From the NCBI GenBank assembly GCA_034669905.1, contig JAXMOL010000009.1:96001-160000 (forward strand): a stretch of 64,000 nt of DNA. Reading direction: 5' to 3'. Source of the DNA: Candidatus Hydrogenedentota bacterium (GTDB taxonomy: Bacteria; Hydrogenedentota; Hydrogenedentia; Hydrogenedentales; JAEUWI01). Positions 30,934 to 41,246 of the stretch are shown here, piece by piece. The position numbers were made by a program, and so were the translations under genes. A model generated the notes under the pieces. It had not been told where the DNA came from, did no database searches, and saw only the letters and a list, made by a program, of their open reading frames with translations. Position 1 is the first letter of the stretch; the number at the start of each line of letters is the position of its first letter.

Positions 30934-31773
30934 TCAGGGCCCTGCGCTGGGGCCAAAAATCGGCGTGAGAAAAGATTCCCAGGCGGATTCATAGACGGTG
31001 GGGGAGGCGGCGTAGCCATTGTTGTGGCCCCCCTGGATGGGGACGAAGGTCTTGGGTTCGTTGGCACGCTGAAACAGGGCCTCCCCCTGGGAAAAGGGGA
31101 TGACTTCATCCTGCGGACTGTGGAGGATGAGCAGGGGGGCATGGACGTCGCCAATCTTCTTCCCCGAATCAAAGCGGTAGCTCAGCAGCCAGATCCACGG
31201 GCGATAGACGGGTATATCCCACGCGACGTCGGCGGTGGAAAGAAAGGTGCTCTCCAGGATAACCGCGCCTGGTGTTACGCGGGTGGCGAGCTCTGTGGTG
31301 GGGCCACCGCCGAGAGACCGGCCATAGAGGAGGATGTCTTCCGGCGCAACGTCCCGGGTGCTGACCAGATACTCCCACATGGCGGCAATGTCGGCGTAGC
31401 AGCGTTCCTCGGACGGGGCACCCGTGCTGTGGCCAAAGCCGCCATAGTCGTAGGCCAACACGGAATAACCAAGGTTCCGCAGAATGGCGATGTTTTCCAA
31501 CCGGTAGGAGAGGTTGCCCGCGTTGCCATGGGAAAAGAGCACGACGCCCCGATGGTTTTTCAGGGGAACATACCACCCGTGGGTTTCGTATCCTGCCACC
31601 GCTAGACGCACGTCTTCATAGTCCCAGCCCCGTGCGCCGGGGTCGGTCGTCATTGTCGGGTTCGCGCCAAAGATGAGGGTTCCTTGCAGGAAGTAGAGGA
31701 TGGCACCCAAGCCCAGATAGATGAGCAGGAGCATGCGTAATGCGCGGAGGACGTGGGACCGAAGTTGTTTCAT
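30934..31773 (-). CDS. Alpha/beta hydrolase (ABHD13/BEM46-like)
   Basis: N-terminal TM, HGNAGN, YGRSLGG nucleophile elbow, DEVIP, GGHN. Confidence 0.88.
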   Translation of the reverse strand: MKQLRSHVLRALRMLLLIYLGLGAILYFLQGTLIFGANPTMTTDPGARGWDYEDVRLAVAGYETHGWYVPLKNHRGVVLFSHGNAGNLSYRLENIAILRNLGYSVLAYDYGGFGHSTGAPSEERCYADIAAMWEYLVSTRDVAPEDILLYGRSLGGGPTTELATRVTPGAVILESTFLSTADVAWDIPVYRPWIWLLSYRFDSGKKIGDVHAPLLILHSPQDEVIPFSQGEALFQRANEPKTFVPIQGGHNNGYAASPTVYESAWESFLTPIFGPSAGP

Positions 31774-32027
31774 GGGGTGCCCTTTCAGAATGCCGAGGGG
31801 GATAGCTTACGGCATACGGGACGGGTTATCCCAATGGGTGGGCGAAAAGGAAAACGCCATGGTGCCACCCGATCCCAGGCGACCACCGGTCGGGTGGCAC
31901 CACCCCGATGTTCCTGTTGGCGTCGGAGTCCAGAGGAAGGTCGGGCGATCTGAATGCGGTCGCCCTGAAGAAAACGGGCGCGGTCAATGTCCGCGCCCGT
32001 GATTGGGATTAAGCTACGTTGCTGGTC

Positions 32028-33611
32028 TTATTCAAAGTCCCGCCATGTGTCCCAGTGGCCCCGCTGTGCGTTGGGGTCGTATTTGCAGGTCACGACAAAG
32101 AGGTCGTCTTCCGCCAGACGTTCGGGGGACAGGTTCACCTGAATAAAGGTGGCGGCCCGGGCAGTCCAGATGACGTAGCCGTCGGTCTCCGACTCGGGGA
32201 TGTCCTTGCCGTTGAGCTGGAGTTCCTGGAGTTTGGCGTTGGGGTAGGGGAGACGTAGTTTGATGCTGGCGCCGTGTGCGATGGGTGCGGGGCGCGGGGC
32301 GACTTCCCCTTCGGCAGGCGCTTTCTCGGCGACGCGGTGGGTTACATAAAGCTGGGGCGTGGGGCCGTTTTGTCCGGCGGGCCAGTCGCGGAAGAAGTCA
32401 TTAAGGGCGGCCACATCCATGCGGGGGTGCTTGGCGAGCTTCTCCAGGGTGGGCCCGAACTTGTCGTCGTTCAGGTAGGTCTCCGCGTCGGCGCTGGTGG
32501 CGAAGAAGGCACTGGCCTGGCCCGCCATGGCGGGGTCGAGGGTGCCGAAAGTGAATTCGTCAAAGCGATTCCACAACTCCAGCCGACTGGCACGCCGTGC
32601 CTGGGCGGTCTCGCCGTAGGACACGAGGGTGGCGTGGGGGTTGCCCATGATGACCTGGTTGGGGTAGCCCGCGTAGTAGTAGCCGGGCCAGCGCTCATTG
32701 CCGACCTGGAGGAGGCGCTTGTGACGGATGAGGCCACTTTCTTCCCACGCCACTTCGGTGGCCGAGATGAGGGTGTGGAAGTGTTCATAGAGATAGGTGG
32801 CGGCATAATAGCGGGGTTGGCCATACCAGCTTTTCTTCGCCAGGTTGGCCAGGCCCTTGCCATAAAAGAGGCGCTCGAGATCGGACTCACCCGTGTCCAT
32901 GGGATAGCCCGCTTCTTCGCCCGCCACGTTCATCATGCGGATGATTTCCCGGTGGTAGGGGCGGACCGCGTTGTTGGAATAGGCCGCCGCCGAACTTTCA
33001 AACATGATGTATTTTTCAAAGTCCAGACTCGTGCTGTGGATGTCCGCGTGGAGGTCGGGCTGGAAGCGGTCGAAGACCTGGTGCACATAGACCGACTCGG
33101 GCACTTCTTCGGGCTTCAACGGGCCCTTAGAATTCCACCCCGTATAGATGGGGGTGAAGTGTCCCGACACATAGCGGTCCGGGTCGACCAGTGGCAGAAA
33201 GAGCACCACCTGATTGCGGAGGATTTCTTTGGCCAGGGGGTCGGAAGAGAGGAACCATTCAATGATGGACATGACCGTGGCCGGGGCGCCCCGTTCATTG
33301 CCCGCGTGAATCGCCGTGACGAGGGCATGTTGCTTGTTCTCATCGGGCACCGTGGGGTCCGTCATGGTGACCGCGTAGACCCCGCGGCCTTGGACGGAGT
33401 CCCCCAGTTTTTCCAGGGTGAAATCGGGACGGTTCAGTCCTTCCCAATGCTTCAGCACGGCCTCCAGTTTTTCATAGGGCGCCCAGATGGCGGGCCCGCC
33501 TACTTGCGTCGTCGGGGGGATGCGGACGGCGTTGGGGTCTTCCTGGGCGTGGGCGAGCGTGGCGGCGAACAAGGCAATTGCCAAGGCGACGAAATAGGAA
33601 CGGGTGGACAT
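32028..33611 (-). CDS. Secreted M14-family zinc carboxypeptidase-like protein
   Basis: Signal peptide, GDSVQGR, IHAGNE (HxxE variant), PES, ADIH. Confidence 0.75.
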   Translation of the reverse strand: MSTRSYFVALAIALFAATLAHAQEDPNAVRIPPTTQVGGPAIWAPYEKLEAVLKHWEGLNRPDFTLEKLGDSVQGRGVYAVTMTDPTVPDENKQHALVTAIHAGNERGAPATVMSIIEWFLSSDPLAKEILRNQVVLFLPLVDPDRYVSGHFTPIYTGWNSKGPLKPEEVPESVYVHQVFDRFQPDLHADIHSTSLDFEKYIMFESSAAAYSNNAVRPYHREIIRMMNVAGEEAGYPMDTGESDLERLFYGKGLANLAKKSWYGQPRYYAATYLYEHFHTLISATEVAWEESGLIRHKRLLQVGNERWPGYYYAGYPNQVIMGNPHATLVSYGETAQARRASRLELWNRFDEFTFGTLDPAMAGQASAFFATSADAETYLNDDKFGPTLEKLAKHPRMDVAALNDFFRDWPAGQNGPTPQLYVTHRVAEKAPAEGEVAPRPAPIAHGASIKLRLPYPNAKLQELQLNGKDIPESETDGYVIWTARAATFIQVNLSPERLAEDDLFVVTCKYDPNAQRGHWDTWRDFE

Positions 33612-33909
33612 GGATTGGACTCCTGAAGCGGATGCGTGGTGGAGGAACGGAACGCGGCCTCTCGGTTGGGATGAGAGATGTTATAACCAATTATACGGAT
33701 GGGCCACCGTGTGTACAATAGACAAACGTATGCCGAAAGCGGCGCGGCAAAACAAATTGTGATACCATATTGGTCTAACGGTTACGCCTTTGGAATTGTC
33801 TTCAGGGAGTGAACGATAGCTCATTAGAATTCAGGAAACGAGACTATCGGTTTTTCTTCTTCTTATGGAAATGGATTGCTCAAAAACTTCAAGGAGGCCT
33901 GTGTTCCGT

Positions 33910-34323
33910 ATGAAAATGACACGAGTGGTTATGCCGTTAGCGTTGACCTTTATGGGAACTCTGATTGGTTTTTTCATAGGTGGGATAACCGGGAATGACA
34001 TCGCCGAGGAGGGACAAGGTGATGGCACGAGAGCGGTCGACTATATGCTGCTTGCTACTCAGTCCGCGTATGAGTATTCTGATACAGATAAGGCTATCGC
34101 GTACGCGAACCGAGCAGTCGCCGTGGGGAAGGAATGGTATGAGACCCATGCCACTTTAGGGGAGATGTATGAGAAGGCAGGGAATAGTCGAATGGCCTTG
34201 GAAGCGTATCAACATGCCCTGGCGTTGGTAGACAACGAGAACAGTTCGCTCTACCAGAATGAGGGTGTCGACAAGCAGTTCTTGGCAGAGAAAGTGCGGG
34301 CGCTTCAAGGGGCAAGTGAATAG
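33910..34323 (+). CDS. Small membrane-anchored TPR protein
   Basis: AGGAGG RBS, N-terminal TM, TPR pattern HATLGEMYEKAG...ALEAYQHAL; AT-richer context. Confidence 0.7.
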   Translation: MKMTRVVMPLALTFMGTLIGFFIGGITGNDIAEEGQGDGTRAVDYMLLATQSAYEYSDTDKAIAYANRAVAVGKEWYETHATLGEMYEKAGNSRMALEAYQHALALVDNENSSLYQNEGVDKQFLAEKVRALQGASE

Positions 34324-34638
34324 AATCGAGGGTCGTTACTCTCGGACGGGTCAGGCAATCAATTCCTCAGAATTCAAACCTGTTCATGTGGGAGTCTTAG
34401 GGTATTCTGATTGTCATGGGGCTTATTGAGCAGGTCTTCCGGGGCACTCAAAGTGACTTTCTTCATTGGGGCTATCCTTTCTCGATGCTCCTCAGTAGTG
34501 TACAACGTATTCGTCTGAAATGCCTTTTTACGCATCACGGAAAGGTTGACCTCGTTTGGGGCAGGGTGTATGTTGTTATGACCAATTCTTCACCTCTTCA
34601 TCTCTCAGATAAGATTGTGTCCGACCGCGAGCCATGCC

Positions 34639-35874
34639 ATGAAAATCACCGACGTCAAGACCGTGCTCCTTACCGGGCCGTGCACCAACGACCCCTTCCT
34701 CAGCGAGACGCGCAAGCTCCGCAGTGCGGCCTTTATTGAGATCCACACGGACACGGAGCACATCGGCCTGGGGGAGACCTACGGCGGTTATTTCGCGCCC
34801 GAGTCGGTGCCTTCCATTGTGGAATTCTTCAAGCCCATCCTCGTGGGGCAAAACGTGGACGATATCCCTGAGCTCTGGCAGCGTATGTATCAGTGTGGCA
34901 ATTTCTGGTGCCGCGTCGGGCTGGGGTTGATTGTGCTCAATGGCGTGGAGGCGGCCCTCTGGGACCTGAAGGGTAAGCTCGAAAACGCGCCGGTGCACAC
35001 CTTGCTTGGCGGTGCGAAACACGAACGCCTGCTGGGTTATGCGACGGGCGGTTCGAGCAACTACCCCCTGGAGAAACTGGCGCGGAAGATGGACCATTAT
35101 CTCGACTTGGGTTTCCGGGCCTTCAAGGTGGGGGCCGGGTCCTTTCACGATGTGGAGGGCTTTCACATTGAGAGCGCGCCCGAGGCGGCCGCGGCCTTTG
35201 AGGTGGCCAAGCTGGAATACATCCGCGCCCACGTGGGGCCGGACATCGGGGTGATGATGGACGGGCACATGGGCAACTCGCCCAAAGGGCAGTGGCAACT
35301 GGACACGGCGACAGCGGTGTTGAAGGCCCTGGAGCCCTTTGGCCTTATATTCTTTGAGGAACCCTTGCACTACACCGACCCGGAAGGTTATGCCGCTTTG
35401 TGTCAGGCGACCACGGTGCCGGTGGCGGGCGGAGAGTGTCTGACGGGTGTGTGCGAATGGGAAACCTTTATTGCGAAGGGGTGTTTCGACATTGGCCAGC
35501 CCGACGCCTCCTTCACGGGTGGCCTTCGCACGGTGGTTGAAATTGCCGAGTTACTCGCAACGCAGGAGCGGACGATCGCCACCCATGCGTGGGGTGCGGG
35601 CGGCTCGCTCATGCAGAATATTCACGTGGCCTTCGCCTGCGAAAACACGGCCATCGTGGAAGTGCCGCCGGACTACGGTCCCCTCCACAGCGAGATCGTG
35701 GGCGACTCCTTCCAGATGGTGGATGGCCATGTGTTGCTCCCCGAAACACCGGGTCTCGGCATTCAATTGACCGACGAGACGAAGGCCCGCTTTCCATTTA
35801 AGCCCGGGAGTGGCGAATTCAACGATGTGCCGGGTAAAAATCTGGCGGAAATGGATGCGAAATTAAGCCGATGA
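34639..35874 (+). CDS. Mandelate racemase/muconate lactonizing enzyme family (probable sugar-acid dehydratase)
   Basis: MKITDV, GLGE, ALWDLKGK, D..EEP..GE metal ligands, PGLG. Confidence 0.88.
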   Translation: MKITDVKTVLLTGPCTNDPFLSETRKLRSAAFIEIHTDTEHIGLGETYGGYFAPESVPSIVEFFKPILVGQNVDDIPELWQRMYQCGNFWCRVGLGLIVLNGVEAALWDLKGKLENAPVHTLLGGAKHERLLGYATGGSSNYPLEKLARKMDHYLDLGFRAFKVGAGSFHDVEGFHIESAPEAAAAFEVAKLEYIRAHVGPDIGVMMDGHMGNSPKGQWQLDTATAVLKALEPFGLIFFEEPLHYTDPEGYAALCQATTVPVAGGECLTGVCEWETFIAKGCFDIGQPDASFTGGLRTVVEIAELLATQERTIATHAWGAGGSLMQNIHVAFACENTAIVEVPPDYGPLHSEIVGDSFQMVDGHVLLPETPGLGIQLTDETKARFPFKPGSGEFNDVPGKNLAEMDAKLSR

Positions 35875-36896
35875 CGAAGATACTGATTGATGTGCCGGTC
35901 TATGCACCGGGACTTGCGGCACTGAAAGCCCTGCCCGGTGTGGACGTCACGGTCTGCGACCCCATCGCCGAGGCAGCGGTGGCACGGCCGCCCGCGCTGG
36001 TGGCCGACAAGGAAATACTGTTCTGCGCGGCCCCGCCGGAAAATATGGACGACATGACCGCCCTGTGCTGGACGCAGATTGGCTCTTCGGGTTTTGAGCA
36101 TCTCATTCCCCTCAACCTGCCGCGCCGGGGCGTGCGGGCGAGCAATGCCCGGGGCGTTTTTGATATTCCCATCGCCGAATGGTGCATCGCCATGATGGTG
36201 AACCTCACCCGTGACCTGCCCCAGATGATGCGGAATCAGCAGGCGGGCCACTGGGACCGGGGCGTAGCCTTTCAGAAAGAAATGCGCGGCCATACCATTG
36301 GCTTCTGGGGCTACGGCGGGCTCTGTCGTGAAACGGCGCGCATTGCGAAAGTCATGGGGCTGCGTGTCCACGTCTTGGCCCGCCATGGCGTCCAGCCAAA
36401 GGACGGCGTTTATTGCGTCGCGGGCACGGGGGATCCGGACGGGCTCCTCCCCGATGCGGTCTATGGCTTGGACCAGAAGGAAGCCTTTCTGTCGGGTCTC
36501 GATTTTCTGATTTTGGGCCTGCCATTGAATGACCACACCCGGGGTCTGGTGACGGCGGCGGATCTTCAGGCCCTGCCCAAGACCGCCATGGTGTTGAACC
36601 CGGCGCGGGGTCCCTTGATTCAGGAGGAGGCCCTTCTCCAGGCGCTCCGTGACGGCTGGATTGCCGGTGCGGCGCTGGACACCCACTATTATTATCCCAT
36701 GCCTGCGGACCATCCCCTTTGGTCCATGCCCAACGTCATCATGACGCCCCACATCTCGGGCTCGACGAAGGGCACCCATTACCTGGAGCGGGTCTGGGAT
36801 TTGTTTGTGCAGAACGTGATTCGGTACCAGGCGGGTACGCCGCTGTTGAACGAACTTGACCCGACGGCATTGAAGCCGGTAGGAGACAGGCCCTGA
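35871..36896 (+). CDS. D-2-hydroxyacid dehydrogenase
   Basis: GYGGL Rossmann motif, NPARG, AALD, TPHISG. Confidence 0.88.
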   Translation: MTKILIDVPVYAPGLAALKALPGVDVTVCDPIAEAAVARPPALVADKEILFCAAPPENMDDMTALCWTQIGSSGFEHLIPLNLPRRGVRASNARGVFDIPIAEWCIAMMVNLTRDLPQMMRNQQAGHWDRGVAFQKEMRGHTIGFWGYGGLCRETARIAKVMGLRVHVLARHGVQPKDGVYCVAGTGDPDGLLPDAVYGLDQKEAFLSGLDFLILGLPLNDHTRGLVTAADLQALPKTAMVLNPARGPLIQEEALLQALRDGWIAGAALDTHYYYPMPADHPLWSMPNVIMTPHISGSTKGTHYLERVWDLFVQNVIRYQAGTPLLNELDPTALKPVGDRP

Positions 36897-37879
36897 TGAA
36901 GCCGCTTCGTGTTTGGAACGCAAACCTGGTCTCGGGTAATTGCACGGGCAAACCCTACCGGGCCTGCCCGTGGCACCCACACGTTTCCCATGCAGCGGCC
37001 GGGACGTGGGGCGCATGGAAACGACGTGTTGGGGCCCTGCTGCTGGTGGGGATCATGTGTCTGGTGGGCCCATACACCGGGGCCGACGAAGACCATCGCG
37101 CGGTGCCCAAGGGCAACGTTATACGTCTCAATACGGACGAAGGTGTGCCCTTCGCGCTCTGGGGCACCAAGGTCCAGTATCCGGCCCCGACGCTCCTGAT
37201 TTTTTCCGCGACCATTGATGAGTCCCTGGGAAATCCCTATTTTCGCCAGTGTGGAAATCTCCTGGCGGAGGAGGGCTTTCTCTGTGTCTCCATGGATTTG
37301 CCCGGCCACGGTGCCGACCAGCGGGAAGGGGAACCGGGCGGTCTGGCCGCGTGGCGTTTTCGGAGCGACGCGGGCGAGGATTTTGTCACGCCTTTTACGG
37401 GGCACGTGAAGCAGGTCCTCGATTACCTGGTTTCGGAAGGCTACACGGATCCAGAACGTATCGCGGCCTGCGGCACCTCGCGGGGCGGCTTCATGGCCCT
37501 GCAGACCGCCGCCATGGAACCGCGCATTCGTGCGACGGCGGCCTTTGCGCCCGTGACCAATCTAATGGCCTTGCGCGAGTTTGATGGTGCGACCAATACC
37601 GAATTCGTGGCGGGCTTGTCTTTGTACTCCCATGCGGAGGCCTTGGTGGGCCGCTCCTTGTGGCTTGTTATCGGTGACCGGGATGAACGGGTCAGCACGG
37701 ATGACTGCATCGCCTTTGGGCGTAGGGTGACGACCGTGTCGTTGGCACAGGAGAAGACCGCCGACGTGACCCTCATCGTCCAACCCGAACCCAAGGGCCA
37801 CACCACACCCGCGGGTGCGCCGGAAAAGTCGGCCGCCTGGATACTGGAAAAGCTTGAACCACGAATAGATACGAATTAA
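36896..37879 (+). CDS. Alpha/beta hydrolase (esterase/dienelactone-hydrolase-like), probably exported
   Basis: DLPGHG, GTSRGG nucleophile, D and GH catalytic positions; true start may lie downstream. Confidence 0.75.
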   Translation: MKPLRVWNANLVSGNCTGKPYRACPWHPHVSHAAAGTWGAWKRRVGALLLVGIMCLVGPYTGADEDHRAVPKGNVIRLNTDEGVPFALWGTKVQYPAPTLLIFSATIDESLGNPYFRQCGNLLAEEGFLCVSMDLPGHGADQREGEPGGLAAWRFRSDAGEDFVTPFTGHVKQVLDYLVSEGYTDPERIAACGTSRGGFMALQTAAMEPRIRATAAFAPVTNLMALREFDGATNTEFVAGLSLYSHAEALVGRSLWLVIGDRDERVSTDDCIAFGRRVTTVSLAQEKTADVTLIVQPEPKGHTTPAGAPEKSAAWILEKLEPRIDTN

Positions 37880-37886
37880 CACGAAT
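37857..37886 (+). repeat. Three tandem ACGAAT units with 10-bp period
   Basis: aaccACGAATagatACGAATtaacACGAAT overlapping the hydrolase stop codon. Confidence 0.6.
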
Positions 37887-37984
37887 TGAATTCGGAACGT
37901 CGGATTACCGAATGCCCCGGCCCGCTGCCATGACATCGCGTGTGGCGATGTGAGTTGCGCCATGGAGGGTGGTTTAGAAGTTGT

Positions 37985-38056
37985 TTTTTGTGTTCTTTGC
38001 GTTCTCTGAGGTTCATAGTTTTATGGGAACCACAGAGAACGCAAAGAACACAAAAA
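37985..38056. repeat. Long inverted repeat built from 9-bp units (REP-like)
   Basis: 30-bp arms 37985-38014 and 38027-38056, one mismatch, 12-nt loop; units CACAGAGAA/CGCAAAGAA/CACAAAAA. Confidence 0.85.
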
Positions 38057-38130
38057 TAGTATGCGCCCGTCGGACGCCCGATTACGGGTAGGTCCTTTCG
38101 CTTAAACCGAATACGCTGGAGAGCAAAAAC

Positions 38131-39684
38131 ATGACATTTAAGACTTCGGTTGCCGCCGCCTTGACACTCCTTGGGGGTGTTATGTTGTCGTCTTCCCACG
38201 CGGCAGAATCCGCCTTCACCTTTCCGGACTCCGGTCTCAAGGTCAAGGGCCGAGTAAGCTTGCTTGCCATTGATGATCAGGGTTTAGGCAGCCGCGATGG
38301 CCTCACCCTTACGATCAATAAGCCGACGGTTCGGAAAGAGCCGGTGTTGAAGCCGGAGCGGGGCAATCTCAGTAAACCGGATTCCATGGCGTCCCACTTT
38401 TACGGCACGGTGCTCCACGATGCGGGCAAGTTCCGTATGTGGTACTACGCGGTGAGCCTTGTTCCTGATACGAAGAAGTTCTATCAGGGGCCGGTGTGCT
38501 ATGCCGAGAGTGACGACGGCATTGTGTGGACCAAGCCCAACCTGGGCCAGGTCGAGCTCAAGGGCAGCACAGAAAACAACATCATCAAGTTGTCCGACGA
38601 GATGACCCAGTGCGCGGCGGTCATCATCGACGAGGATGATCCCGACCCGAAGCGGCGCTACAAGATGGTCTTCATGGCCCTGTCCCATACGTGGGTCTTC
38701 CGCACGGCGACCAGTTCCGACGGCATTCACTGGGACGTGCAGGAGAAGCGGCCTACCGACAAGTTTCTGGAGATGGGGAGCTTCTATCGCTTTGGCGACC
38801 AGTGGGTGGTCCACGGACAGGGCATCGGAAAAGATGCCGAGGGAAACCCCGAAGGCCGTCAGGGCTACGCAAGCGTTTCCAGTGACTTCGTGAACTGGGA
38901 GACCGACTATTTGGAGACGTTCCGCGTTCCCGAGCCCGAAGATGTGACCAAGCGCGGTCTCGTGGGGGACTATCCCCAGGTGCACCTCGGGGTGGGTGGC
39001 GCGAGCCTTGGTAACGTGGCCGTGGGACTCTGGGGTATCTGGCACAACCCCTCCGAAGCGGATCGGCGTAAAGAGGGCTGGTACGGCGCGGGCCTCATAA
39101 CCTGTGACCTGGGCTTGCTTGTCAGCAACGATGGCGTTACCTTTCGTGAGCCGGAGAAGGGCCATATCTATATTTCGGGTGACGAGTCGCCGGTGACCCC
39201 CGTGCCGGGCATCGACGACCCGACGATTCTCTGCCAGGCCAACGGCATTCTGAACGTGGGGGATGAGACCCGCATCTATCATGGGCGCTGGCGCAATGCG
39301 ACCGTGAGCGGTGTGGACTACTACGCCGAAGTGGCCCTGGCCACCCTTCCCCGCGACCGTTGGGGCACACTCCAGCTCGCGGGCGGGATAGCGAATGGCT
39401 CTACCCTGTCGGCACCCATCACCTTGCCCGAGGGTGGCTGTAGCCTTTCGCTGAATGCCGATGGCGCGGGCCTTATGTCGGTGGAGCTGACGGATGAGAC
39501 GGGGGCGTTGCTTCCCGAATTCAGTGGAGAACACGCGGCGACGATTACCCGGAAGAAGGGACTGGAGCACGGGACCCAATGGCACAATGACCTGGCAAGC
39601 CTTTCGGGTAAGACCGTGCGGGTGAAGGTGGGCCTGAAGGGCGAGAATGCCAAGCTCTATGCGGTCTATCTGGATGGGAAGTAG
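38131..39684 (+). CDS. Secreted beta-propeller glycoside-hydrolase-like protein (GH32/GH43-like fold)
   Basis: Signal peptide; repeated SxDG motifs (ESDDGIVWTKP, SSDGIHW, SNDGVTF); C-terminal beta domain. Confidence 0.7.
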   Translation: MTFKTSVAAALTLLGGVMLSSSHAAESAFTFPDSGLKVKGRVSLLAIDDQGLGSRDGLTLTINKPTVRKEPVLKPERGNLSKPDSMASHFYGTVLHDAGKFRMWYYAVSLVPDTKKFYQGPVCYAESDDGIVWTKPNLGQVELKGSTENNIIKLSDEMTQCAAVIIDEDDPDPKRRYKMVFMALSHTWVFRTATSSDGIHWDVQEKRPTDKFLEMGSFYRFGDQWVVHGQGIGKDAEGNPEGRQGYASVSSDFVNWETDYLETFRVPEPEDVTKRGLVGDYPQVHLGVGGASLGNVAVGLWGIWHNPSEADRRKEGWYGAGLITCDLGLLVSNDGVTFREPEKGHIYISGDESPVTPVPGIDDPTILCQANGILNVGDETRIYHGRWRNATVSGVDYYAEVALATLPRDRWGTLQLAGGIANGSTLSAPITLPEGGCSLSLNADGAGLMSVELTDETGALLPEFSGEHAATITRKKGLEHGTQWHNDLASLSGKTVRVKVGLKGENAKLYAVYLDGK

Positions 39685-39730
39685 TAATACCGCCATCCGA
39701 ATGTGAAATTAGTAAATCCTCTTGTTTCTC

Positions 39731-39786
39731 TTCTTCGTGCTCTTCGTGTCCTTCGTGGTAGAAAAAATTGCACCACGAAGGGCACG
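39731..39786. repeat. Inverted repeat built from 9-bp CTTCGTG-containing units
   Basis: TTCTTCGTG CTCTTCGTG TCCTTCGTG GT, 12-nt loop, then ACCACGAAGGGCACG (14/15 complementary). Confidence 0.75.
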
Positions 39787-39814
39787 TAGAAGTAGAGGGA
39801 GAAAAGATGATGTG

Positions 39815-41230
39815 ATGCCGATCACACGGATGCAACGCATGACGATTTCCAAAACGTTACTTATTGCCACGTTGCTGCTCGTCACGCTGACGATGGCCCA
39901 TGCCGAGGAGGCCCCCCGTGGGGCGTCTGATGGCTTGGTCCGCACGGAGACCTGGACGGAGCAGTGGCCCAATGCCGCGGGTACGATGGAAACCCGGTCG
40001 GTGACAGGCGAGATCTGGACCGCCCTTTTTCAGGCGTCTTTGACCCAGAATAATCAGCTCCATATACCCGCCCGCGCGCAGCCCTATTATCTTGATGGCC
40101 CCCTTGTCATGCGGTCGGGGGACAGGCTCAGCGCGGACCGGGAGGCCGAGATTCGCCTGAAGCCGGGCACGAACACGTGCATGGTGCGCAATGCGAATAT
40201 CGTTGGTTTCAACTCGATGGCGGTGCCCGACGACCTGGAACCCGATACCGACATTCAGATCGAAGGGGGCATATGGACGACGCTCGCGACGGGAGATAAG
40301 GGGGCCAATGGCAACATGCGGGGCCACTCTTCCAAAGAGAACTATGTGTATGCGACCCATGGCGTCATTCTGCTGCACAACGTACGCAACGTCTCCGTCC
40401 GTAACATCACCATACGGCAGAGTAAGGCCTTCGGCGTCCACCTGGGCAATGTGCGCGATTTTGTCGTGGACGGCGTTTTCCTCGATCGGCAACAGCGCGA
40501 TGGCGTCCATGTCAATGGCCCCGCAAGCCAGGGGATGATTCGCAATGTCCGCGGCGATTCCCACGACGACACCGTGGCCTTGAATGCCTGGGAGTGGAAG
40601 AACTACGCCCCGAGTTTTGGGCCGATTCAAGACGTCCGAATTGAACAGGTAGCGGGTGCGGAAGCGGATACGCCGAGCGCGAATTCCATTCGCATGCTCC
40701 CGGGTGTCAAGCGCTTCGACGATGGGAAAACCCTCGATTGCGCAATCCAGAATATTGTGCTGCGCGGCATTAAGAACATCACGGAGTTCAAGCTCTACGA
40801 ACAGCCTAATCTGGAAATGGGTCGGGACAAGGATTTCAGTGTGGAGCCGGGCACTCTGCGCAACATCCGGATGGAACAGATATCGTTGGAACGTCCAGGG
40901 GCCATCTACATCGCCGCCAGCCTGGACGGCCTCACGCTCAGCGATGTGGCCCTGCTATTTGAGCCCAAACCCGATTACCGGCTCTTACGGATCGGCCCCA
41001 TGTCCATGACCTGGCGGCATGGCGATGACCCGGCTCGCTGGGCAGAAGTATTTGCTCCCGATCGCGATGTGACGGTAAGAAACATTCTCCTGGAGCATGT
41101 TACCGTGAATGGCGTTGCCCTTGCCGAGCCCGCTTCCCGGCTCGTCGCCCTACGCGATCAAACGCTGAATCCGAACTACCCTCAAACGACACCCCGGGGC
41201 GGCACCGGTAAAGCCATCTGGCTGCGCTGA
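39815..41230 (+). CDS. Secreted right-handed beta-helix (pectin-lyase fold, GH28-like) protein
   Basis: Signal peptide, DGVH and HDDTVALN motifs, repeated beta-helix strands; start uncertain. Confidence 0.7.
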   Translation: MPITRMQRMTISKTLLIATLLLVTLTMAHAEEAPRGASDGLVRTETWTEQWPNAAGTMETRSVTGEIWTALFQASLTQNNQLHIPARAQPYYLDGPLVMRSGDRLSADREAEIRLKPGTNTCMVRNANIVGFNSMAVPDDLEPDTDIQIEGGIWTTLATGDKGANGNMRGHSSKENYVYATHGVILLHNVRNVSVRNITIRQSKAFGVHLGNVRDFVVDGVFLDRQQRDGVHVNGPASQGMIRNVRGDSHDDTVALNAWEWKNYAPSFGPIQDVRIEQVAGAEADTPSANSIRMLPGVKRFDDGKTLDCAIQNIVLRGIKNITEFKLYEQPNLEMGRDKDFSVEPGTLRNIRMEQISLERPGAIYIAASLDGLTLSDVALLFEPKPDYRLLRIGPMSMTWRHGDDPARWAEVFAPDRDVTVRNILLEHVTVNGVALAEPASRLVALRDQTLNPNYPQTTPRGGTGKAIWLR

Positions 41231-41246
41231 ATAACCGGGCCTGACG

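Noticed and set aside
37857..38056. CRISPR array
   Set aside because: No repeat-spacer structure and no cas genes.
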